Shown: positions 46,570 to 58,573 of the stretch, piece by piece
Layout of the letters: the number at the start of each line of letters is the position of its first letter
How positions within the stretch are numbered: position 1 is the stretch's first letter
NCBI GenBank assembly: GCA_965208255.1
Contig: OZ242324.1
Span: forward strand, 970,016 to 1,034,015
Origin: Longimicrobiales bacterium
GTDB lineage: Bacteria; Gemmatimonadota; Gemmatimonadetes; Longimicrobiales; Gaopeijiaceae
Length of the DNA stretch: 64,000 bases
Direction: 5' to 3'
The notes under the pieces: model-generated
The model's input: the letters and a program-made list of their open reading frames with translations, nothing else
What the model was told of the DNA's origin: nothing
The model's database searches: none
Translations under genes and position numbers: made by a program

Positions 46570-47907
46570 ATGCCTCAACTGGATAGCATGGATAAGCTCG
46601 TCTCGCTGACCAAGCGTCGCGGGTACGTTTTCCAGTCCTCGGAGATCTACGGCGGCACCGGCTCGGTGTGGGACTACGGGCCGTTGGGCATCGAACTCAA
46701 GCGCAACATCAAGGAGGCCTGGTGGAGCGCGATGGTGCACCAGCGCGACGACGTCGAGGGAGTCGACGCGGCCATTCTCATGCATCCGCGCGTGTGGGAG
46801 GCCTCGGGGCACGTCGACGGCTTCACCGATCCGCTGGTCGAGTGCAAGACGTGCAAGAAGCGTTTTCGCGCCGACGAAATGGAGGGCGCCCGCTGCGGCA
46901 GAAAGCCGAGCAAGGCGCCGGGCGACTTCAAGGTCTGCGAGCTCGGCGAGCCGAGGCTCTTCAACCTCATGTTCAAGACGTTCATGGGGCCGGTGGAGGA
47001 GGCCGCGGCTACCGTCTATCTGCGTCCCGAGACGGCGCAGGGCTCCTACGTCAACTTCCTCAACGTGCAGACCACCGCGCGCCAGAAGGTCCCGTTCGGC
47101 GTGGCCCAGATCGGCAAGGCGTTCCGGAACGAGATTACGCCCGGCAACTTCATCTTCCGCACGCGCGAGTTCGAGCAGGCCGAGATGCAGTTCTTCGTTA
47201 CGCCCGGAACCGACGAGGAGTGGTTCGAGCACTGGCGCGACGCGCGCATGGAGTTCCACACGGGGACGCTGGGCATCCGGGCGGAGTCGCTCCGCTTCAG
47301 CGAGCACGGACCCGACGAGCTGGCGCACTATGCGAAGCGGGCCGTGGACATCCAGTACGAGTTTCCCATCGGATGGAAGGAGCTCGAGGGCATCCACAAC
47401 CGCACCGACTTCGACCTCTCGCGGCACCAGCAGTATTCGGGCAAGAAGATGCGCTACGTGGAGCCCGGCGGCGGCGGCCGCTACATCCCCTACGTCATCG
47501 AGACTGCGGCGGGAGTCGACCGGATGCTGCTGATGGTCCTCTCGGATGCGTATTACGAGCAGGACGTGGGACGCCAGCAGCGCACGGTGCTCGGCATCCA
47601 TCCTCGGCTGGCCCCGGTGAAGGCGGCGACCTTCCCGCTGGTGCGCAAGGACGGCATGCCCGAGCTCGCGACCCGGCTGCACGACGCCTTCAAGGCCGCG
47701 GCCGTCCCCAGCTTCTACGACGCGGCGGGATCCATCGGACGCCGCTACCGTCGCCAGGACGAGGCGGGCACCCCCTGGTGCGTCACCGTGGACGGCCAGA
47801 CGGTCGAGGACGGGACGGTCACGGTGCGCGACCGCGACACCCTGGAGCAGGTGCGCGTGAACGCGGACGGCGTGATAGACTACCTGCGGGAGCGGCTGGC
47901 GTCCTGA
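46570..47907 (+). CDS. glyQS: Glycine--tRNA ligase (homodimeric class II type)
   Basis: Contains 'LTKRRGYVFQSSEIYGG..SVWDYGPLG.ELK.NIK..WW', 'FRNEITPGNFIFRTREFEQAEMQFF' and 'ETAAGVDR'. Confidence 0.95.
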   Translation: MPQLDSMDKLVSLTKRRGYVFQSSEIYGGTGSVWDYGPLGIELKRNIKEAWWSAMVHQRDDVEGVDAAILMHPRVWEASGHVDGFTDPLVECKTCKKRFRADEMEGARCGRKPSKAPGDFKVCELGEPRLFNLMFKTFMGPVEEAAATVYLRPETAQGSYVNFLNVQTTARQKVPFGVAQIGKAFRNEITPGNFIFRTREFEQAEMQFFVTPGTDEEWFEHWRDARMEFHTGTLGIRAESLRFSEHGPDELAHYAKRAVDIQYEFPIGWKELEGIHNRTDFDLSRHQQYSGKKMRYVEPGGGGRYIPYVIETAAGVDRMLLMVLSDAYYEQDVGRQQRTVLGIHPRLAPVKAATFPLVRKDGMPELATRLHDAFKAAAVPSFYDAAGSIGRRYRRQDEAGTPWCVTVDGQTVEDGTVTVRDRDTLEQVRVNADGVIDYLRERLAS

Positions 47908-47991
47908 AGGCACGGGAACCCGAGGCCACCGGGAATCCGGGAATCGCGCGCACCGGGTATCCGGCGAATCACCGAACACGGGAGAAGGGGG

Positions 47992-49449
47992 ATGGCATCC
48001 AGGTCAGAGGTATTCAGCTCGCGCTGGGGCATGCTGCTGGCGATGCTGGGGATGGCGGTCGGCACCGGAAACATCTGGCGCTTCCCGCGCATCGCCGCCT
48101 CCAACGGCGGGGGCAACTTCCTGGTGGCGTGGGCATGCTTCCTCCTCCTGTGGTCGATCCCGCTCCTCATCCTCGAGTTCGGGATGGGGAAGGCCGTGCG
48201 CAGGGGGCCTGTGGGCGCCTTCGCCAAGACCCTGGGGCCGAAGTTCGGATGGATGGGCGCGTGGGTCGCCTGGGTGGCGACCGCGATCATGTTCTACTAC
48301 AGCGTGGTGATGGGGTGGACGCTGCGCTTCCTGTGGGCCTCGATCACGCGCGAAATCCCCACGGAAGTGCCCGACGCCTTCTGGAACTCCTTCGCCGCCA
48401 CGCCCTCCGCGATGATCACGCACGCCATCGCGCTGGCCATGGGGGTGTTCGTGGTGTCCAGGGGGGTGAAGGGCATCGAGACCGCCGCCCGCTTCCTGAT
48501 CCCCAGCCTCATCATCCTGGTGATCGTGCTGGCCATCCGGGCCGTCACGCTCCCGGGCGCCTCCGCCGGACTCGCCTTCCTCTTCACTCCGAACTTCAGC
48601 GAACTGGGCGACTACCGCATCTGGCTCGAGGCGCTGACCCAGAACGCGTGGGACACCGGTGCCGGATGGGGCCTGGTGCTCACGTACGCCATCTACATGC
48701 GAAAACGGGAGGACACGGCACTCAATGCGTTCGTGATCGGCTTCGGCAACAACTCCATGTCGCTGCTGGCGGGCATCATGGTGCTGTGCACGGTCTTCTC
48801 GATCATGCCCGACGCGGCCAGCCAGATCGTAGGGGCGGGGAACGAGGGCATCACCTTTATCTGGGTGCCGCAGCTGTTCGCGCTCATGCCCGGCGGCCAG
48901 TTCTTCATGATCCTCTTCTTCATGGCGCTGGTGTTCGCGGCGTGGACGAGCCTGGTGGCCATGATCGAGCTGGCGAGCCGCGTCCTGCGCGACGCCGGGA
49001 TTCCGCGGAAGCGCGCTATCGGCATCGTCGGCATCGCGGCGCTGCTGTGCGGCATCCCGAGCGCGCTCAACATGGACTTCTTCCACAACCAGGACTGGGT
49101 GTGGGGCGTGGGCCTGATGCTCTCGGGCTTCTTCTTCGCCTTCGCCGTGCTGCGCTACGGCGTGACCGAGTGGCGCCGCAAGTTCATCAACACGGGCGAT
49201 TCCGACATTCACATCGGGGCCTGGTGGGACTGGGCGATCCGGCTCGTGATCGTCGAGGCCGTTGTGCTCCTGGTATGGTTCCTGTGGAGCGCGCGGGGGG
49301 AGAGCTTCGCCGAGACCTGGACGCTGTTCAGCCCGTACAACGTGGGCAGCGTGATCATCCAGTCGGCTGTGGTGATCATCATCCTGGTGGCGCTCAATCG
49401 CAGGATTTCGCGGGCGGCGCTGGGAGGGAGCGGCGGTACGTCCGGCTGA
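47992..49449 (+). CDS. Neurotransmitter:sodium symporter (NSS/SNF) family transporter
   Basis: Contains 'FSSRWGMLLAMLGMAVGTGNIWRFPRIAASNGGGNFLVAW' and has 11-12 helices. Confidence 0.9.
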   Translation: MASRSEVFSSRWGMLLAMLGMAVGTGNIWRFPRIAASNGGGNFLVAWACFLLLWSIPLLILEFGMGKAVRRGPVGAFAKTLGPKFGWMGAWVAWVATAIMFYYSVVMGWTLRFLWASITREIPTEVPDAFWNSFAATPSAMITHAIALAMGVFVVSRGVKGIETAARFLIPSLIILVIVLAIRAVTLPGASAGLAFLFTPNFSELGDYRIWLEALTQNAWDTGAGWGLVLTYAIYMRKREDTALNAFVIGFGNNSMSLLAGIMVLCTVFSIMPDAASQIVGAGNEGITFIWVPQLFALMPGGQFFMILFFMALVFAAWTSLVAMIELASRVLRDAGIPRKRAIGIVGIAALLCGIPSALNMDFFHNQDWVWGVGLMLSGFFFAFAVLRYGVTEWRRKFINTGDSDIHIGAWWDWAIRLVIVEAVVLLVWFLWSARGESFAETWTLFSPYNVGSVIIQSAVVIIILVALNRRISRAALGGSGGTSG

Positions 49450-49489
49450 CGTCGGGCGGGGCCGATGATCGTCCGGGCACGGCACGGGA

Positions 49490-50329
49490 ATGAAATTTCG
49501 TGAGTTCGAGAAGGCCGCCTGGCGCGCGTTTCGTGAAATCCCGGAGGACTACACGGGCGGGCTGGACGGGCTTTCGGTCCACCGCGAAGCGCTCCCGCAT
49601 CCGGTCTTCCCGGACATCTACACGCTGGGCATGTGCTCGACCGAGTCCTACCCCTCGGACTGGCAGAGGCCCGAGACCACGCGCTCGGTGGTGGCCCTCT
49701 ACTACGGGTCCTTTCGCGAGCTGTCCCGGCTCGATCCCGGCTTCGACTGGGAGGGAGAGCTGTGGGAGACGCTCACCCACGAGCTTCGCCACCACCTGGA
49801 GTCGCTGGCGGATCAGGACGAGCTGGGCGGCGTCGACTACGCCATGGAGGAGTCGTTCAAACGGAGCGAGGGACTCGACTTCGATCCGTGCTACTACCAG
49901 TCCGGGGACGAAGTCGCACCGGGCGTCTTCCGTGTCGAGACCGATTTCTTCATCGAGCAGGAGTGGTCCCGGGAGCGGTTCGCGCAGGCGGGCGAGCTGC
50001 ACTTCCAGTGGCGGGGCGAGGAGTTTCGCATCGAGGCGCCCGAGCGGCTCGGGGACGCGCACTTCATCTGGATCGACGGCGTCGACGCCGGGCCGGGCGA
50101 GCTGCAGCTGGTGCTGGTGCGCAAGCGCAGGTGGTGGGAGGCGTTCCTGAAGCGCCGCGCCGGGGAGCTCTGGGAGTCGGAGGCGGTCGCGCTCCGCGTG
50201 GACGGCGCCGTTGTCGCGCGCGACAAGGGTCGGGCGAAGAGGGTTGAAGGCGCCGGCGGACGCAGCGCGAGCCCGGTGCCGCCGGAACCCGGGGAGCCCG
50301 GCGCGGCCGGAACCCGAGGAATCCGGTAG
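49490..50329 (+). CDS. Zincin-like metallopeptidase-family protein (DUF1025-like HExxH core) with a C-terminal extension
   Basis: 'FEKAAWRAFREIPEDY' and 'LWETLTHELRHHLESLADQDEL' carry an HExxH in the position typical of this small family. Confidence 0.5.
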   Translation: MKFREFEKAAWRAFREIPEDYTGGLDGLSVHREALPHPVFPDIYTLGMCSTESYPSDWQRPETTRSVVALYYGSFRELSRLDPGFDWEGELWETLTHELRHHLESLADQDELGGVDYAMEESFKRSEGLDFDPCYYQSGDEVAPGVFRVETDFFIEQEWSRERFAQAGELHFQWRGEEFRIEAPERLGDAHFIWIDGVDAGPGELQLVLVRKRRWWEAFLKRRAGELWESEAVALRVDGAVVARDKGRAKRVEGAGGRSASPVPPEPGEPGAAGTRGIR

Positions 50330-50335
50330 ACCGCG

Positions 50336-51178
50336 ATGAGGATTCACGATCGGTACGCCCGCGTCACGCCGTACGAGATGGCCCTCCCGGGCCGCGCCTT
50401 TGCGGAAGAGCGCTTCGGGCTGATCCGGGAGGAAGCGGAGCGGCGGGGCGTGGACATCTGGGACCCGGGCGCCTTCAGCATGCTCGAGGAGGCCGGGCGC
50501 GCGATCGGCGATATCCGCATCGAGGACGAGAACCCTGTTCTCTTCGTGCAATACGGGGTCATCCTCTTCCATGCTTTCCATTTCTGGAGCGCCGCAGAAC
50601 CGCTGTACCTGCTCGGGAACGAGGCCGCCCTGCAGGTGACACGCGCCGATGCACCGTCCGGGCCGGCGGACTGGCCTTTCGCGGCTCCCTCCCGGGCCGG
50701 CTACGTGCAGCTGCCGCACTACCTGTTCTGGGCGCGTCCCGATGCCGGCGGCCCCGCCGAGTCCCTCGACGGCTTCTTCTGGGTGCTGACGCCCGCGCAC
50801 CGGCTGCACCTCATGGTGGCGAGCGGCATGCGCGCGGATCGTCCCGGGCTCGGGGTCATGCCCGTCCCGGAGGTCCCCGGGGAGGAGGCGAGCGAATGGG
50901 CGGCCGCGACCGTGCGCGGGCAGGGCGACGACTTCGCGAGTACCTTGCCGGGCGGCGAGGACCTGTGCTCGATCGAGAAGCTCGGGGAAGTGGTGAAGCT
51001 CGCCGGGCGCCTCTTCTGGCAGCTGGAGCAGGGATTGCTGCGCGCCGGCGCACCGACGAAGGGTGGGGAAGCGGGGTCCCCGGAACCGGAGGTGGCGGAC
51101 GAGCCGGGCACGTCCAGCCGCGCGCCCCTCGCGAGCACCTTGCCCTGGCGGCTGATCACGACCGCGGAGGCACGATGA
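50336..51178 (+). CDS. Hypothetical protein
   Basis: Coding-like codon pattern. ATGA overlap with nth. No family was recognised. Confidence 0.4.
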   Translation: MRIHDRYARVTPYEMALPGRAFAEERFGLIREEAERRGVDIWDPGAFSMLEEAGRAIGDIRIEDENPVLFVQYGVILFHAFHFWSAAEPLYLLGNEAALQVTRADAPSGPADWPFAAPSRAGYVQLPHYLFWARPDAGGPAESLDGFFWVLTPAHRLHLMVASGMRADRPGLGVMPVPEVPGEEASEWAAATVRGQGDDFASTLPGGEDLCSIEKLGEVVKLAGRLFWQLEQGLLRAGAPTKGGEAGSPEPEVADEPGTSSRAPLASTLPWRLITTAEAR

Positions 51179-51822
51179 GAGAGACGGTGAAGGCCCGGAA
51201 GGAGCGGGCCGCACGCATCTACGACCTGCTCGTCGAGTGCTACCCGGATGCCCACTGCGCCCTCCACCACCGCAATCCGTACGAGCTGGCCGTCGCCACC
51301 ATCCTCTCCGCGCAGTGCACCGACGAGCGGGTGAACAAGGTCACGCCCGCCCTCTTCGAGCGTTATCCGGAGGCCGAGGACCTGGCCGGCGCGCGCCAGA
51401 GCGAGCTGGAGGAGCTCATCCACTCCACCGGCTTCTTCCGCAACAAGGCGAAGAACCTGATCGGCATGGCCACCGCGGTGGCCGAGAAGCACGGAAACGA
51501 GCTGCCGCGCACCATGGTTGAGCTGTTCGCGCTCCCCGGCATCGGTCGCAAGACCGCCAACGTAATCCTCGGCAACGCCTTCGGCATCGACGAAGGAGTC
51601 GTCGTGGACACCCACGTGAAGCGCCTCGCGAACCGCATGAGCTTCACCCGCTACCCCGATCCGGTGCGCATCGAGCGCGACCTCATGAAGCTCTTCCCGC
51701 GCGAACGCTGGACACTGCTCGCCCATCTCCTGATCTTCCACGGGCGCCAGGTGTGCGCGGCCCGCAAGCCCCGCTGCGAGGAGTGCGCGCTGTCTCGCCT
51801 CTGCCCTTCTTCGAGCGTGTGA
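51175..51822 (+). CDS. nth: Endonuclease III
   Basis: Contains 'NPYELAVATILSAQCTDERVNKVTPALF', HhH-GPD 'LPGIGRKTANVILGNAF..DEGVVVDTHV' and a 4Fe-4S 'C.ARKPRCEECALSRLC'. Confidence 0.9.
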   Translation: MRETVKARKERAARIYDLLVECYPDAHCALHHRNPYELAVATILSAQCTDERVNKVTPALFERYPEAEDLAGARQSELEELIHSTGFFRNKAKNLIGMATAVAEKHGNELPRTMVELFALPGIGRKTANVILGNAFGIDEGVVVDTHVKRLANRMSFTRYPDPVRIERDLMKLFPRERWTLLAHLLIFHGRQVCAARKPRCEECALSRLCPSSSV

Positions 51823-51919
51823 AGCCGAAGTCGCGGCCGCGGCCGCTCGACGGCGCGCGCCGGGCCCGAGCCGGCCATCCGATTCATCAGCGATCCCACC
51901 CAACCAAGGACGACGCCCG

Positions 51920-52507
51920 ATGCCCAGCCGCCAGGACGCGGTAGCCCTGCTGCACGAGTGGGTCGACAACGAGGGGCTCAGGAAGCACATGTACGCGGTC
52001 GAGGCCGCCGTGCGCTTCTACGCCCGCAAGTACGGAGCCGACGAGGAGACCTGGGGCCTGGCCGGCCTGCTGCACGACCTGGACTGGGAGAAGCACCCGG
52101 ACGAGCACCCGCACCGGGGGGTCGCGCGCCTCCGCGAAGACGGCTATCCGGAGGAAGTCATCAACGCCGTGCTGGCGCATGGGTATCCGGACCTGACGGA
52201 CGTCCCGCCGGAGACCGACCTCGACAAGGTCCTGTGCGCCTGCGACGAACTGAGCGGCCTGGTCTACGCCTGCTGCCTGGTGCGTCCCAACGGCATCGAC
52301 GATCTCAAGCCCAAGTCGGTGGCCAAGAAGCTGAAGGACAAGAGGTTCGCGGCCGGGGTGCATCGCGGCGAGGTGGCGCGCGGGGTCGAACTCATCGGGA
52401 TTCCGCGGCCCGAGCATATCCAGAACGTCATCGACGGCATGCGCGCGGTCGCGGGCGTGCTGGGAGTGCGCGCCGAGGACCTGGCGGCTCGCCGGCGGGG
52501 CAACTGA
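51920..52507 (+). CDS. HD-domain phosphohydrolase
   Basis: Contains 'HMYAVEAAVRFYA' and 'GLLHDLDWEKHPDEHP'. Confidence 0.7.
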   Translation: MPSRQDAVALLHEWVDNEGLRKHMYAVEAAVRFYARKYGADEETWGLAGLLHDLDWEKHPDEHPHRGVARLREDGYPEEVINAVLAHGYPDLTDVPPETDLDKVLCACDELSGLVYACCLVRPNGIDDLKPKSVAKKLKDKRFAAGVHRGEVARGVELIGIPRPEHIQNVIDGMRAVAGVLGVRAEDLAARRRGN

Positions 52508-52694
52508 TCTTCGCAGCGCAGGGACGCGCGGCATCGGTGGCGCCGGGCTGGCCGATTTCCGCGGCGCGGCGTAAGGCGATCCCGGGGCGCCCGCTTCCGA
52601 CCGGAGGCGTGGCCACCGGGTTGCTTCCGGCTGGACGCGCGGTCAGTTTAAGGGAACCCGATCTCACCCTTCCCCCATCGCTGGAGCCCACTCT

Positions 52695-52809
52695 TTGACG
52701 ACGGCTACCTGGGTCACGATGATCGTGATCGCCGCGTTCGTTTGGGGCGGCTTCGCCTTGGTCCTTTCCAAGGCCGTGCGCACGGAATCGGAGAAGTCAG
52801 AAACCGAAC

Positions 52810-52817
<8 letters not shown>
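52695..52817 (+). CDS. Unlisted 40-codon small membrane ORF resembling MetS-type small subunits of NSS transporters; overlaps the carB start by 8 nt
   Basis: (L/M)[39 protein letters not shown] is a single TM helix with a 'VWGG' core and a charged tail. A GGAG lies 8 nt before the TTG at 52695. Alternative starts are ATG 52719 and GTG 52725. Confidence 0.35.
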
Positions 52818-56126
<3,309 letters not shown>

Positions 56127-56127
<1 letters not shown>

Positions 56128-57107
56128 TGGACGACCGCGCGCCCACCGCGTTCTACCTCCACCCCGACGCCCCCCTTCACGACACGGGCTGGGGGCATCC
56201 CGAACACCAGGGTCGCCTGCGCGCCCTGGCCTCCACGGTGGGCCGCAACCTGCTCACCCTCCAGGACCGGGTGGAACAGCGCGACGCGCGCCCGGCCACC
56301 GAGGAGGAGCTGCTCCGGGTGCACACCGCCGACCACGTGGAACGCATCCGGCGGGCGGTGGCGCGCTCGCGCGAGGAGGGGCTGGTTCGACTCGACCCCG
56401 ACACGGTGGTTTCGCCCGCCTCGTGGGGTGCGGCGGCCGGGAGCGCGGGCGCGGTGATCACGGCGGCCGAGGCTGTCGCGGACGGGATGGCCGCGACAGC
56501 CTTCGTGGCCAGCCGCCCGCCCGGCCATCACGCCACCGCCGACCGCGCCATGGGCTTCTGCCTTTTCAATCACGTGGCGGTCGCGGCGCGCCACCTGCAG
56601 GCCTGCGGCCTCGCCGAGCGGGTGCTGATCGTCGACTGGGACGTGCACCACGGGAACGGCACCCAGGACATCTTCTACGAGGACGGCACGGTCTTCTACC
56701 TCTCCCTGCACCAGTCGCCTTACTATCCGGGCACGGGAGCCTTCCACGAGCGCGGCAGCGGTACCGGCCTCGGCACCACGCTCAACCTGCCCCTGCGCGA
56801 GGGCACGCCCCGGACGACATGGCTGGAGGTGTTCGACGAAGCGCTGGAGAAGGTCGTGGCCGGTTTCGAGCCGGATTTCGTCCTCGTGTCGTCTGGATTT
56901 GACGCCATGGCCGGCGACCCTCTGGGCGGCATGCTGCTCGAGCCCGAGGACTTCCACCGGATGACCAGCCGGGTCATGGAACTGGCGGCCGAGCACGCCG
57001 ATAGCCGCGTCGTGGCGCTCCTCGAGGGAGGATACGATCCCGCCCGCACGGGGGACGGGGCGGTGGCGGTGATTCAGGCGCTGGCGGGGCTGGAGGCGGA
57101 CGGGTAG
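56127..57107 (+). CDS. Histone-deacetylase-family (class II / AcuC-like) deacetylase
   Basis: Contains 'RPPGHHA', 'GFCLFNHVAVAA', 'IVDWDVHHGNGTQDIFY' and 'EGGY'. The ATG overlaps the carB TGA. Confidence 0.85.
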
Positions 57108-57244
57108 CGCGCCGTCATCGAGAGGCCGCGTCATGGATTGGCGGTAGTATCACCCGGACACCCCCAATAGTATCATCCAGGCACCGCTGTGATACCATTG
57201 AGGTTCTCGCTCGGAGCCCCAGGGGAAGTGGACCGGATTGAACA

Positions 57245-57273
57245 TTGAATCGCCCGTCCCCCGTTCCTACTAT
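57245..57273 (+). promoter_or_regulatory. Candidate sigma70-type promoter (TTGAAT-17 nt-TACTAT) for the M24 peptidase gene
   Basis: -35 at 57245-57250, the second of a tandem ATTGAAC/ATTGAAT pair. -10 at 57268-57273. Confidence 0.3.
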
Positions 57274-57345
57274 TCGCGGCCCGCGGCGCGTGGACTCGCC
57301 ATCCGCAGAATCTGACCCGAAATCTCTCTCCGACCGGAGGACCTC

Positions 57346-58542
57346 TTGGCCGATAGCCCCCTTCTGACCCGAGAAGGCGTCGAACAGGTGCAGGCGGCGC
57401 TCGCCGACATGAAGCTGCACGGCTGGCTGCTCTTCGAGTTCCACGGCCAGAACCCGATCGCCGCCTCCATGGTCGGTCTCGGATGGAACACGCGCCGATC
57501 CTTCACCCTGGTGCCCGACCGAGGCGATCCGGTGGCGCTGATTCACGCCATCGAAGGGTCGTCGTGGCGGCACTGGCCCTGGCGCAAGCGCATCTACTCG
57601 TCGTGGCGCGAGATGGAGTCCGCGCTCGCGGATCTGGTGCGCGGCCGCCCGCGCCTCGCCATCGAAACCTCGCCGGGCTCGGCCATCCCTTACCTGGACC
57701 GGGTTCCCGGGGGGATGATGGAGCTGCTGCGGGCCGTCGGGGTGGACCCGGTCAGCTCGGGCGATCTGGTGTCGCTCTTCCACTCGCGCTGGTCGGCCAG
57801 GCAGCTCGCCACCCACCGCCGCTCCGCCGCCGTGACGGCCCGCGTCGCCCGCAAAGCCTTCGAGCGGGCCGCGGCCGCCGTGGAAGCAGGGCAGCCCACC
57901 ACCGAGGGCGCGCTCTCGGACTGGATCCGCGCTCGCCTGAACGACGGCAGCCTCGCCGAGGAGGTGGACTGCATCGTCGCCATCGGCCCGCGTGCCTCCG
58001 ACCCCCACTACGCACCCGTGGGCGAGGGCGAGCCGATCCGGCGCGGCGACCTCCTGCTCATCGACCTGTGGGGCAAGCCGACCGCCAAGGACATTCCCGC
58101 CGACCAGACCTGGATGGGCTACCTGGGCGCCCGGCTCCCGCGCCGCACCCGCAAGATCTGGGAGGCGGTGCGCGACGCCCGCGACGCAGCCGTAGACTTC
58201 CTGCGCGAGCGCGCCGCGGCCGGCGACGAGGTGTGCGGCTACGAGGTCGACGACGTCTGCCGCCAGCTCATCGGCAAGCGCGGCTACCGGGACCGCTTCG
58301 TGCACCGTACCGGCCATTCCATCGATGTCGATCTCCACGGCAGCGGGCCCAACATCGACAACCTCGAGACCCGCGACACCCGCCTGCTCCTGCCGGGCAT
58401 CGGCTTCTCCGTGGAACCGGGCATCTACATCCCCGACGACATCGGCGTGCGCAGCGAGGTCGACGTGTATCTGGGCGACGATGGACCCGAGGTGACCACG
58501 CCCGATCCCCAGGAGGAGGTCTTCCTCCTGCTCGATCGCTGA
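57346..58542 (+). CDS. M24-family Xaa-Pro aminopeptidase
   Basis: Contains 'LLLIDLWG', 'HRTGHSIDVDLHG' and 'GFSVEPGIYI...GVRSEVDV'. TTG start with a GGAGG located 5 nt upstream. Confidence 0.85.
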   Translation: MADSPLLTREGVEQVQAALADMKLHGWLLFEFHGQNPIAASMVGLGWNTRRSFTLVPDRGDPVALIHAIEGSSWRHWPWRKRIYSSWREMESALADLVRGRPRLAIETSPGSAIPYLDRVPGGMMELLRAVGVDPVSSGDLVSLFHSRWSARQLATHRRSAAVTARVARKAFERAAAAVEAGQPTTEGALSDWIRARLNDGSLAEEVDCIVAIGPRASDPHYAPVGEGEPIRRGDLLLIDLWGKPTAKDIPADQTWMGYLGARLPRRTRKIWEAVRDARDAAVDFLRERAAAGDEVCGYEVDDVCRQLIGKRGYRDRFVHRTGHSIDVDLHGSGPNIDNLETRDTRLLLPGIGFSVEPGIYIPDDIGVRSEVDVYLGDDGPEVTTPDPQEEVFLLLDR

Positions 58543-58573
58543 AGGCCCAGACGAGCTCCGCGCACCGCCCTCG

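Noticed and set aside
46668-49493. 941-aa + strand ORF running through glyQS and the NSS transporter in another frame
   Set aside because: It is off-frame relative to two well-supported genes. The translation is Arg/Gly/Pro-rich and crosses an intergenic region.
52508-52694. GC-rich spacer upstream of the sORF and carB, considered as a riboswitch or PyrR-type attenuator
   Set aside because: No recognisable conserved riboswitch core or terminator/antiterminator pair could be identified by eye. It needs an Rfam scan.
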